Of a DNA stretch of 64,000 nt, positions 52,318 to 64,000 are shown one piece after another (positions within the stretch are counted from its first letter, which is position 1; each line of letters begins with the position of its first letter). Source of the stretch: Octopus vulgaris. Its lineage: Eukaryota. The stretch is from positions 25,668,001 through 25,732,000 of the forward strand of contig OX597838.1 in assembly GCA_951406725.2 (NCBI GenBank), given 5' to 3'. The position numbers and the translations under genes were made by a program. The notes below the pieces were generated by a model, which did no database searches, had not been told where the DNA came from, and saw only the letters and a program-made list of their open reading frames with translations.

Positions 52318-52785
52318 TAACCAAAGTCCTAATAAGTAGGAAGGTAGACAAGTCACAAACACCTTCAGGTAGATGGCCCTGCTCGATCTGTAGAAAAGGC
52401 GTAGGTAGAAACTCTATAAGATGCACCAAGTGTAAGCTATGGACACATAAGAGGTGCAGCAACATCAAGGGAAGGCTAACTGGGAAGATAGTTTTTGTAT
52501 GTGGCAGATGCTCAGGAGCAATAAACACTGAAAATGCACAGAGACCAACTTCCGCCACATTCCAGGGAAAAAAACTAGAAATAGTTGATAGCTTCCTTTA
52601 CCTAGGTGACCAAGTTTGTAGCGGGGGTGGGTGTGTTGAAAGTGTAACTACTAGAGTAAGAATAGCCTGGGCAAAGTTCAGAGAGCTCTTACCTCTGCTA
52701 GGGACAAAAGGCCTCTCGCTCAGAGTAAAAGGCAGACTGTACGACGCATGTGTACGAACAGCTATGCTACATGGCAGTGAAACCT
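52318..52785 (+). mobile_element. RTE-clade LINE fragment containing a PHD-like C4HC3 finger
   Basis: ORF 52275..52793; homologous to 46770-47205. Confidence 0.88.
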
Positions 52786-53049
52786 TGAATTGAAAAGAGC
52801 GCAGTCATCATGCTTCTCAGAAACCTGGATCAGCCAAGATTATGCAATGTCACATGTACAGCTGTGACTTAACTACATCATCATCATCATTTAGCGTCCG
52901 TTTTCCATGCTAGCATGTGTTGGACGGTTTAACTGGGTCCTGTGAAGCCGGAAGGCTTCATCAGGCCCAGTCAGATTTGGCAGTGTTTCTACGGCTGGAT
53001 GCCCTTCCTAACGCCAACCACTCCGTGAGTGTAGTGGGTGCTTTTTACA

Positions 53050-53596
53050 GCCTCACATTATCGAAGCAAAAATCCTCACTGGAAGTGGTAAAGAAGACAT
53101 TGAATTTATACCTAGAATAACCACTAATACTAACAAATGTCTCCTTTCGTTTCAAACGATGGCAATTCTCAGTGAGAGTCAGTCATGCATTGACCATTAA
53201 CAAGTCCCAAGGTCAAACACTGCAGGTCGTTGGTCTCTGTCCAGAAGAGTGCTGTTTCTCACATGGTCGACTGTATGTAGGTTGTTCCAGAGTAAGAAAC
53301 CCACAGAAACCCTTTCATATATGCTCCAAAGAAAAAAGTTAAAAACATTGTATATACTGAACTTCTGTAAATGTTTTATAATGTTCGTACAGTAATAATT
53401 TCTCTAATATTATCTATATTGCTTTCTGCATTTAGATATTCTAAATAAATTTGTAAAATTATGTTATACAATATTTAAATACTTTTTAACAACTTTTATA
53501 GTAAGGAAAATGGGCATTACAATAGATGCCAATATGTGCCTTATGAATACATTTCAACACCATACAGACCGGGCTGAAAGCCAGGAGGCCTGCTAG
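53050..53596 (+). mobile_element. Helitron 3' end (PIF1-like helicase C-terminus)
   Basis: FKRWQFSVRVSHALTINKSQGQTLQVVGL...FSHGRLYVGCSRV; terminal hairpin CCGGGCTGAAAGCCAGG followed by CTAG|T. Confidence 0.88.
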
Positions 53597-53803
53597 TATA
53601 TACATATATATATATATATAACTCCAAGAAAGTTAGGGGTTGTGGGTCCAACTCACTAAGGGATAATATCTATCCAATATACTGTTGGTATAATACCCAA
53701 TTATTAATACACAAGTGTTTATTGCATTGCAATTAACTTACCTAGTGTATTAAATGGGTGAAGATAAGAACCAACTATTGTGTCCCTCCATTTTCTTATT
53801 TGC

Positions 53804-53834
<31 letters not shown>

Positions 53835-54225
53835 TCACATATATACATAAAGAGAGTTTCTGAAATTGGATGTTCTCAAAAAGGCTTTGACATCTGATAC
53901 AAAACCACAAAACAAAACCAACTTCACATATAAATACTAAGAAACAGAATTCTCTAAATAGTTGACTAAAATAGAATTGTAAGACAATGCAATGCATTTA
54001 TATTCAATTTTTTTTTTTATCAAGCAACAAATAGTCATAAAATCTACCACAATACCTAAGACGTATGAAACAAGAAAAACAACTAACACTGCAGAAATAT
54101 TGTGCTTACACTAGCAGATAGGCACAGGCTTCACTGTGTGAGAAATAGGTTTGCTTTCCAACCACATGGTACTGGGTTCAATCACACTCCATGGCACTTT
54201 GAGCACACACACACACATATATATA

Positions 54226-54256
<31 letters not shown>

Positions 54257-54261
54257 CAAAT

Positions 54262-54753
54262 CAAAATAGATGAACATCAATGGAATTTGTATCTTTGTGG
54301 TACCAGTGCCGGTGGCACACAAGAAAACCATCCGAACGTGGCCGTAGCCAGTACCGCATCGACTGGCCTCCGTGCTGCGGGCACGTAACAAACACCATCC
54401 GATCGTGGCCGTTCGCCAGCCTCATCTGGCACCTGTGTCGGTGGCACAGAAAAACACCATCCGAGCGTGGCCGTCTGCCAGCCTCGTCTGGCACCTGTGT
54501 CGGTGGCACATAAAAAACACCATCCGAGCGTGGCCGTTCGCCAGCCTCGTCTGGCACCTGTGTCGGTGGCACATAAAATCACCCACTACACTCTCGGAGT
54601 GGTTGGCGTTAGGAAGGGCATCCAGCTGTAGAAACACTGCCAGATCTGACTGGCCTGGTGCAGCCTTCGGGCTCCCCAGACCCCAGTTGAACCGTCCAAC
54701 CCATGCTAGCATGGAAAACGGACGCTAAATGAATGATGATGATGATGATGATG
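54262..54753 (+). mobile_element. Short retroposon family B with internal ~62-nt tandem units and (GAT)n tail (RTE-type 3' end)
   Basis: Ends CCCATGCTAGCATGGAAAACGGACGCTAAATG(ATG)n; copies at 9089-9409, 12519-12860(-), 17340-17660, 20120-20358, 32697-33004 and 52877-53048(-). Confidence 0.8.
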
Positions 54754-54847
54754 TCCAATGAGAAGTAAAGACATATACATATGTATGTACATATATATAT
54801 ATATGTACATATAGGTTTTGTTTTGTGGTTTGTATCAGATGTCAAAG

Positions 54848-55559
54848 CAATCAGAAAACTACTACTTTCAAAAACAAATATTGCAAAGCATTTAGAGTGG
54901 AGTAAAAACTTACAGAATTGGTCCCTAGAGCAGTGGAAGAATATTATTTTCTTGGGCGAGTCATCTTTTACCTTATTCCCGACCACTGGCTAAGTATATG
55001 TGTGGAGACAGCCAAAAAAAGCATTTGACCCAGACTGCCTTTTTCCAACTGTTAAACATGGAGGAGGATCTGTAATGATCTGGAGGGGCTATATCTTGGA
55101 AGTCCACCGGCCCAATGGTTTCCTTTCATGGCAGAATTAATAGTCAAGACTATTTAAACATTTTATCTAATCAAATTTATCCTATGGTTGCGGAACTGAT
55201 TCCAGAGGGAAACGCAATCTTTCAGGACGATAAGGTACCAATTCACACAGCTAAAGTTGTTACTGAATGGCACGAGAAACATTCTAGTGAAGCTGAACAT
55301 CTTATCTGGCTACCACAGTCCCCAGATCTCAATATTACTGAACATTTACGGCATATTTTAGAAAAACAAGTAAGGAGTCAATATCCTCCAGCATCATAAC
55401 TCCAAGAACTGGAGACTGTTTTAGCTGAAGAATGGACAAAAATTCCTTTGGAAACAATTCAAACTTTGTACAAGTCCATACCTCATAAAATCCAAACTAT
55501 AATTACTGCCAAATTTGTTTGAAATTTTAAGGTGTTTCCATTATTTTGTCCAACCCCTG
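54848..55559 (+). mobile_element. Tc1-like transposon 3' part
   Basis: [61 protein letters not shown]; TIR end TTTTGTCCAACCCCTG|TA. Confidence 0.9.
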
Positions 55560-55571
55560 TATATAGTATAT

Positions 55572-55799
55572 TTAACCCTTTAGCATTCAAACCGGCCATA
55601 TCCAGCCAGAATATTTAACCTGTTTTATATTGAAACTGACCAGAGCTTGCCTCTTAACTCAGCCCTACCATGTCATTCTAAAACTAAAAAACCACATCAC
55701 TGAAATATCTAAACTACAAGATAATGCATGATTAATTCAAAACAATATAAATAAACAAACATCACATTTGAGAGAATAATCTGAACACTAAAGGGTTAA
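55572..55799. mobile_element. piggyBac-type MITE
   Basis: TTAACCCTTTAG...CTAAAGGGTTAA. Confidence 0.78.
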
Positions 55800-55955
55800 A
55801 TGTTGAGTGGAGCACTGGCACAGCTTAGGCTACCTGTTGTCATCCGCAGTTGTGGCACACTTCCTTTGGATCTACTTCAGGAACTCCACAGTAGCAGTTA
55901 GGATAATAATATCAATTAATAGCAGGGGATGGATTTCGTATTAGACTTTTATTAG

Positions 55956-56002
55956 GTGCAACAAATGTTTCAACCCATCAGTCTGGGTCTCTTCAGATAC
56001 AT
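55956..56002 (-). ncRNA. Hammerhead motif, slightly degenerate
   Basis: Minus strand reads GTAT-CTGAAGA-GACCC-AGACTGAT-GGGTT-GAAAC-ATTT-GTT-GCAC. Confidence 0.55.
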
Positions 56003-58222
56003 TGATAAAGAAGTCTCACTAGAGATTTTTAGTGTTGGCTGGCTTGTTGTTATATATATATCATCATCATCATCATCATCATCGTTTAACGTCTGCTTTC
56101 CAAGCTAGCATGGGTTGGACGAGCTAGCATGGGTTGGATGAGCTAGCATGGGTTGGATGAGCTAGCATGGGTTGGACGATATATATATATATATATATCA
56201 TAATAATAATAATAATATGAGGGAATATTATTCCAAACTTACAGAGAAAATTTCAATTTAGAAATACTAAATCAAATTTCACAAAATATAATATATATAT
56301 ATATATAAATTAGAAAAGACCACACCTTTTATAAATTCAATAATGAAAAATTAAAGTATACCATTTATATATATATATATATGGGTATGTGGCCTAGTGG
56401 GGTGTGTCACTCACAATCACAATACCATGGTTTTGATTCATGGATTGGCTAGTGTGTTGTGCTCTACGATCACTTTGACATCTGACATGTGGATCACGAT
56501 GCACCTGTGCAGGCAATCTTTGTTTGATGGAGGGGAGTGAGCTATTGCATAGACAAACAGTTGATGATCACTATAAACGAATCATTGGTGTACAAAGAAA
56601 TTGTAGAAGCCCAGTCTGTGGTCTATGACAGGTGAGCCCACCATATTAGTATTTTTTTTTCTCTTTCTACTTGTTTCAGTCATTTTGACTGCGGCCATGC
56701 TGGAGCACCGCCTTTAATCAAGCAACTCGACCTTGGAACTTATTCTTTGTAAGCCCAGTACTTATTCTATTGGTCTCTTTTGCCGAACCGCTAAGTGACG
56801 GGGACATAAACACACCAGCATCGGTTGTCAAGCAATGCTAGGGGGACAAACACAGACACACAAACATACACGCACATACATAAATATACATATGTACGAC
56901 GGGCTTCTTTCAGTTTCCGTCTACCAAACACACTCACAAGGCTTTGTTCGGCTCGAGGCTATAGTAGAAGACACTTGCCCAAGGTGCCACGCAGTTGATA
57001 TATTACTTCACATTGCGAATAATGCAAACAGTCTAAGGTACATTTGATTCAAGCTGACCTGAGGCCATACAATATAAACAACAACAACAACATCAACAAA
57101 TGTAGAAAAACAAAGTGTAAAGAGAAGGTAGAGAAAGAGAGAAAGAAAGAGTGAACAGAAAAGAAAACTTGCATAAACTTACTGCATCTTGTGATATATA
57201 TATATGCTGTCTTTCTCAATGAATGCCAACTGTGTATCTATCTATCTATCTATCTATACCTGTATGCCTGTTTGTATACTTAATGTATAGCTTGCCTATA
57301 TATTTATGTATGTGTATGTGTTTATGTACGTATGTCTTTATATATTCCTGTGTATGTTTTTATGTATGTGTATAACTGTTTATATATTTATGTACATGCA
57401 TGTGTTTGTAGATGTATGCATGTGTATATAGATGTATGTGTTAATGTATGTTTATATAAGTGTATGTATCTCTCTTGTTATAGATGTGTGTATGTATGGA
57501 CATATGTATAAAGGTGTATGTATGTATGTATATATCAATCAATCTAACTATATATATTTTTCAGTGTGTATATACACAGTATATAGATTTTGTGTATACA
57601 AGGTAAGATAGGTGTGTATGAAAATAAACTTATGCAAATGATGACTTGGAACATAAAAGAGATGATAGTAGTAGTAGTAGTGATGGTGGAGGTAGTGGAG
57701 ATGGTAGTAGTTGTGATGGTAGTAGTTGTGATGGAGGTGGTAGGAGTTGAGGTAGTGGAGGAACTAATAGTGATATTAGTGATATTTGTGGTAGTAGTAG
57801 CAGTAAGCAGTTATGATTGGTGACTGTAGTTGTGGTAGTAGTGGTAATAGTGTGGGTAATGGTAGATGGAGGGGGGCAGTGGTGGCTTATGTGATTTGTT
57901 AGTGGTGGAGGTGGTGGTGGTGGTGGTGGTGGTAGCAAAGTGGTTTTGCTCTTTGGTGGGATGATGAATGAGCTGTGGGAATGTATCTGAGGTGTCACAG
58001 CAGGTACACACACACACACACACACACACAATTTTGAAGTTCCACCTGTGGTGGTTGGGGTCAGATTAAGATGCAAGAGAAATTCTGGAGTCACTGACCT
58101 CATCTTTTCTAAAGACAAACTCAATACCCTTGTTAAATATTTTGAGCAAGCCTTCAAATAGTCTTTGACTGTTCATATCTCTCCCTCTCTCTCCCCCCCT
58201 CTCTGTCTCTATCTCTCTATCA

Positions 58223-58266
<44 letters not shown>

Positions 58267-58698
58267 GGTGCAGCCTTTGGGCTTCCCAGACCCCAGTTGA
58301 ACCGTCCAACCCATGCTAGCATGGAAAGCGGACGTTAAACGATGATGATGATGATGATGATATATATATATATGTATGTATATATATATAAAACTGTCTT
58401 TTATATGTAACTGTGCATAAAAACAAACATTGATATATACATGTGTGTGGGTGTCTCTTTATATTAATGCGTGTTTCTCCTGTCGTTTTAAAGCTTTCCC
58501 ACCAATAACGAAAGAGCCAGTTTCTTATGGACACAGAACCAGGACTCTTTTGTTTGAGCCCACACCATACCAACTAGGCAGCCATGCATGCATTTATGTA
58601 TCTTTGTATGTGCGTATACATATATATATATGTGTGTGTGTGTGTGTATGTCATTATGTATATGAATCTGTTTCGATGCCTGCATTTATGTATGTTTG

Positions 58699-58744
<46 letters not shown>

Positions 58745-59084
58745 TGTGTGTGTGTGTATGTCATTATGTATATGAATCTGTTTCGATGTATGAATTTACG
58801 TGTGTGTGTCATTATATATATATGAATCTGTTTCGATGTATGTGTGTGTGTGTGTGTGTGTGTATACCACACACACACACACACATACTAACAGCCACAA
58901 TTGCTACTGTTGCTGCTGCTGCTGCTGCTTACTATTAAACAGAAACAATTTGAAGGAAATGAAACACAAACACTATATGACTTTTTTAAGAAAAACATGT
59001 GAACTTAGAGAACTGATATTATCAAATATTAATTTAATTTATTTCAATTCCCTTTTATTTCAACATAACTAAATTCTCTTTTTA

Positions 59085-60010
59085 AATCGATTAAAACTGT
59101 ATACAGCTATGGTACGACCACACTTGGAATTCGCATCATCAGTTTGGAACCCCTATCTTGCTCAGAACATTGACCTCCTGGAATCTGCCCAGAGACGTGC
59201 AACCAAACGCATACCCTCCATCAGACACCTACCATATTCTGAGCGCCTTGTTTCCCTGGGCATGGATTCACTGAAGCTCCAGCGTCTGGCGACGGACTTG
59301 GTAAACACCCACAAAGTTATCAACCACCTCACCAACAACAACACTGAACACCTTTTTGATCTCCATGTGTCTAACACACGTGGACATGCCTACAAAGTCA
59401 GAAAACAACACAGCTCCCATGACTTTCGGAAACATTTTTTCACGCTCAGAGTTGCTGAAGCATGGAATAAACTGCCTGCGTCAGTTGTTGACTGCCATGA
59501 CACTGCATCCTTTAAGGCCCTCATGCTTTCCGAAATCCGCCGAAACTACACCTGATTATATATACACTTTAGATGAGTTGTAGTGCACCTGAGCACTGTA
59601 CACAATTATTATTATTATTTTAACTGCATCCTTAAAAACTTCCATGCTTTCTGAGATTCGCCAACACTACACCTGATTTTCTCCCCTCCATACACACGCA
59701 AACATGTATCTGACTCATACACTGTTCGCTTCCCAGACATTTGTACATTACTGCATATGCTTCATACACACTTTTGACAAGCTGCGGTGCACCTGAGCAC
59801 TGTGTATACAATAATTTCATTATTATTATTTTAACAAAGTTGAAAATAAACTGCCTGCGTCAGTTGTTGACTGCCATGACACTGCATCCTTTAAGGCCCT
59901 CATGCTTTCCGAAATCTGCCGAAACTACACCTGATTATATATACACTTTAGATGAGTTGTAGTGCACCTGAGCACTGTACAAAATTATTATTATTATTAT
60001 TATTATTATA
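59085..60010 (+). mobile_element. CR1-clade LINE 3' fragment with duplicated tail
   Basis: ORF 59109..59555 VRPHLEFASSVWNP, LESAQRRATK, TRGH, FFTLRVAEAWNKLP; (ATT)n tail; 59466-59615 is repeated at 59846-60005. Confidence 0.88.
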
Positions 60011-60756
60011 AAATCAGTAGCTACTAAGATAAAAATGTAGATACAGCCTCACTTTTATCCATGAAAAAAGTGCTTGAGAATTTTCTTTTTGCTTTTTCTT
60101 TTTAATATAACTTTACACACATGAAACTTAATATACTTTTGTATATATAGTAACCTGTCCATGTCATCAAAAATGCTGACAGATTTATGAACCCTTTAGC
60201 ATATAAACCAGCCATATCAGGCCAAAATGTTTTACCTGTTTTATGTTCAAACTGGACAGATCCAGCCTCTTCACCTACCCTACAATGTCATACTCAAAAT
60301 AGATAATCACAACATGGAAATCTTGAAGCCAGAAAATGATGCATTCTTTATTCTAAACAACGAGAATCAACAAGTACTGCACTTGTAGAGTAATCTGAAT
60401 GTTAAAGAGTTAATGATAGAAAATGGCATTATCAAAACAATGAGAGACGCCATTGATAATTGTCTGCAATAGCTGGCTTGCCAACCACATGGTCCTGGGT
60501 TCAGTCCCATTGTGTGGCACCTTGGGCAAGTGTCTTCTACTATAGCCTTGGGTTGACCAAAGCCTTGTAAGTGGATTTGGTAGACGGAAACTGGAAGAAG
60601 TCTGTCGTATATGTATGTATATATATAAGTTCAGCAAAAATTTAGATTCAAATGAATATGGTACTTAATTTAGATGCACCAGAATTCTGTATGGTGTTAT
60701 CCATAAAAATCCGTGGGGTGATTATAATCAAAATAAGCAACAAGAATGACTCCGGT

Positions 60757-60847
60757 AATTTGGTACGATCGTTTCGTACTACATCATTTTATTAAATGTT
60801 GTAAGTATTACAACAGTTTCAAAATGCTGAGCACTCATCAGCCAATT
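60757..60847 (-). ncRNA. Type I hammerhead ribozyme motif (intact), same family as 9800-9890
   Basis: Nearly identical to 9800-9890, within a longer homologous block 60627-60892. Confidence 0.83.
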
Positions 60848-63811
60848 ATAGAGGTTTTCCATTAATACAAAAATTTTCATATCAAGTGGCAACATTATAG
60901 AGAAGGTATACATATAGACAAAGATGTGGATTTAAATTTTAAGAACATTTGAGGTAGTGGAGCACATCAACTAACCGACTAAGATTCGGTTGTTCCAGAC
61001 TCCTGTAAGGTTCTGAGAAGGAAGAATAAGTGGACGGAGACAATAAAGATTTTCTAATTATAGAAATGGGGTAAAGGGGGTTTCAGAGCTCCATATAAGG
61101 AATTAATGTAGAAGACAGCATTGTCACTACTAAATGCCAATTACTACTATTTGATGAACAGATTCGGCGTTAGGAGAACTAGGTCAATGTCAAGTGGTCA
61201 CAATAATATTCACAGAGAATGCAGAGACCTTACAAACCCTATTCACATCATAGTCATAGGTCAACCAACTGTTGTGATGATGTGCATAGGGTTTATGAAG
61301 GTTACTTGTTGGCAAGGTCACCAAGTAACTTGCAAGACAAAGATCCTTTGAGAGGGAAGGGGCTTTGAAGACAGTGGCCTTGCGCCAGGTGATAAGAGGT
61401 TAGAGTGTGACAGAGGGATAGAAACAGGTATCTTGCTGTAGACAAGATATGTGGTTACCCAATCAGAGGGGATAATATGAGTATTGAATTCCTGGTTACA
61501 TGATACTTATTACAAGTGCCCACATGGGATATATTTTGATTAATCCTTAGGGATCTGTGGCTATTCCTCACCACTGTTCACTCCATCCAACCACCAAAAC
61601 ATTATGTACTGCAGTTTTTGCCACATTATACACTATGGGCACATGGCTTAGTGGTTGAAAGTTTGATTCCCAGCAGTGTCGTGTGTTTTGGAGTGACACT
61701 TTATTTCATGTTGTTCCAGTCCAACAAGATGGCAAAAATGAGTAGTACCTGTAGCTCAAAGGGCCAATCTTGTCACATTCTGTATCATGCTGAATCTCCT
61801 TAAGAACTACATTAAGGGTATGCATGTTTGTAGAGTGCTCAACTACTTGCACGTTAATTTCGCGAGCAGGCTGTTCCATTGATTGTTGTAACCAATGGAG
61901 TGCCCACCTATACACAGCATCTCAGCAAGCTACCATTCATGAGTGGTATGAAGTGCCATGCTTTCAGGAATTGTTTTAGGTGTTTACATAGTTGCAAGCA
62001 GACATATAGGCACTCTCTTGCCCCCTTCATTCTTGATCTAATGGATCGACCCAAGATATAGCACCGAGAGAGAGAGAGAGAGAGAAAGAATTGCAGCAGT
62101 ATTTGGTTAGTACTTAATTACAGCTGAATAAATTGGAGCAATGTGAAAATCAAATGCCTGGCTCAAGGACAAAATACACCCACCTCTAGGAATTGAACTT
62201 GTGTCTTTATGATCATCTGTAAACCACTCTAACCACTAGGCCTCATGCTTTCACTGTCACATTATATGTTTACATGATATGCTCATTTGTATGTTTGCTA
62301 ACAACTTGAACAGCAACTTCGTTATCTCAAACAGCAATAAAGACAGCAAGTCCAAATTTGTTTTATTTTTATCAATGATTAATTACTAAATAAAATTAAG
62401 CATTGTTCTATTTTATTTCATTTAATTCATTTTATTTTTCATTTTTATAATTTTTTTTTTTTGTTCTAAGCAAGTTATCTGGATATTAAGTACAGAGTCC
62501 TCTTCCTTGTTTAATCAATGTCACATGCCCAAAAGAGAAGTTAGACGAGTGAGTGATATGCAGAGAGCTAAATGCAATGGAAACATTTCCATGACGGGAT
62601 TCCTTCCTTCCTTTGTTCCCTCCCTCCCGCCTTCCCTTCCTTTCTTTGTTTCTTCCTTTCTTTGTTTCTTCCTTTCTTTCTCTCTTCCCTTCTTTATCTT
62701 CCTCCCTTCCTCTCTTTCTCTCTCTCTCTCTTAATTATATTCTTCATTAAATGTGGGACAGTTTAATATTGTTCACACATCAGTTTGACATATAAAATAA
62801 TTCTTTATGATTTAGCCAGCCTAGCGTCTTCAGGCCCCCACCTCATTTGTCAGTTGCACACACACATGCACACACACACACACACACATGCACGCAAAGA
62901 CACACAGATGCAAGCCTGGCTGTATTTTTCAGAAGCTTGCTCCTCAACCATTTTGTCTTGAGTTCTTTCTCACAGCACGACACCTTGGGCAAGTGTCTTT
63001 CACTATAGTTCTGGACCAACAAAAGAATCGCGAGTTGATTTGGTTGATAGAATCTGAAAGAAGTTCATTTCATACACATACACACACATCAGTTTTATTT
63101 AATGACCATTTTTCCATGCTTGTATGGGTCAGATGGAATTTTTCAAGGCAAATTTTCTATGACTAGATGCCCTTCCTGTTGCCAACCCTCACTCATTTCC
63201 AAGGAAGGTAATATTTCCCTATGGCCAGACATGTTTTCACAGGAGACTGGAAACAAACAACCTCACTTGTGTGATGGTGATGCTCATTTACAAGACGAGG
63301 GTACACACACACACATATTACAGTGATCTTCCTTCAGTTTCTATCTATGAAATACATTCACAAAATTTTGATCAACCCAGAGCTATAGTGGAAGACTGAC
63401 CTGCCCAAGGAGTTTTGCAATGGTGGGATTGAACCTGAAAACACATGGTTGGGAAACAGATTTCTAACCACAAAGTCATGCCTACACACACACATGTGCA
63501 CACACACACACACACACACACTAGTGGGACCCATGGAAATTCCAAGGAATGGAAAAAATTAAGAGGACCTATTCTAGTAAGAAAGGCTGATTTGCATTTT
63601 TATAGCCTTCATAGTTTGGCTTTCTTTGGCTTTCTTTAAAGATTCTTGATGTTCGTCTACATTCATTTCCTCTCATCTCTGTCGGTGTTGTCTTTTACCT
63701 CTTTTTACTATATTTTCTTGCTGTTCCTCTCTGATCCATGCTCTATATCTGAGCATCCTTTCTCAGGCAGCTTGCAATTGTGTTTCTTGTGATAACCAAA
63801 TACCAATTTTT

Positions 63812-64000
63812 TTAACCCTTTCATTACTGTATTTCTTTTGAGATGCTAGTAAAATAACATCGTTATCATTGAGCTAGTGTTAGGAACATAAATTGTGACT
63901 AAGATTTGGTGGAAAATTTGAATTTAAAACTTATGAAAACCAGACATTAATACTAAAGAACTAGAGCCGGTTTCAGCCGGGTTGGTAGCGAAAGGGTTAG
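63812..64000. mobile_element. piggyBac-type MITE (different family)
   Basis: TTAACCCTTTC...GAAAGGGTTAG. Confidence 0.6.

Noticed and set aside
58075-58176. Possible exon MNSQRLFEGLLKIFNKGIEFVFRKDE|gtcagt on the minus strand
   Set aside because: No polypyrimidine acceptor and no recognisable homology

Overview
AT-rich, microsatellite- and SINE-dense animal genomic DNA. The SINE repertoire suggests an octopus/coleoid cephalopod (inference). One complete protein-coding gene can be rebuilt by hand on the minus strand: a gamma-glutamyl transpeptidase (GGT1-like) with 11 coding exons from 28864 to 5555. All introns are GT-AG, the phases are consistent, the CDS is 1761 nt (586 aa) and the catalytic residues are intact. 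The rest is transposon debris: mariner, Tc1, pogo, piggyBac, hAT MITEs, Helitron, RTE, CR1, R4/Dong, Penelope-like fragments and several tRNA-derived SINE families. Almost all ORFs in the supplied track are microsatellite or SINE artefacts. The most interesting signal is about 10 type-I hammerhead ribozyme motifs from several unrelated sequence families. Two pairs sit in near-perfect fold-back inverted repeats inside GGT introns. One lies in a ~550-nt unit with terminal direct repeats (retrozyme/pLTR-like). One is paired with a G:U-rich antisense arm that looks selected at the RNA level. All coordinates were counted by eye, and repeat boundaries are approximate.
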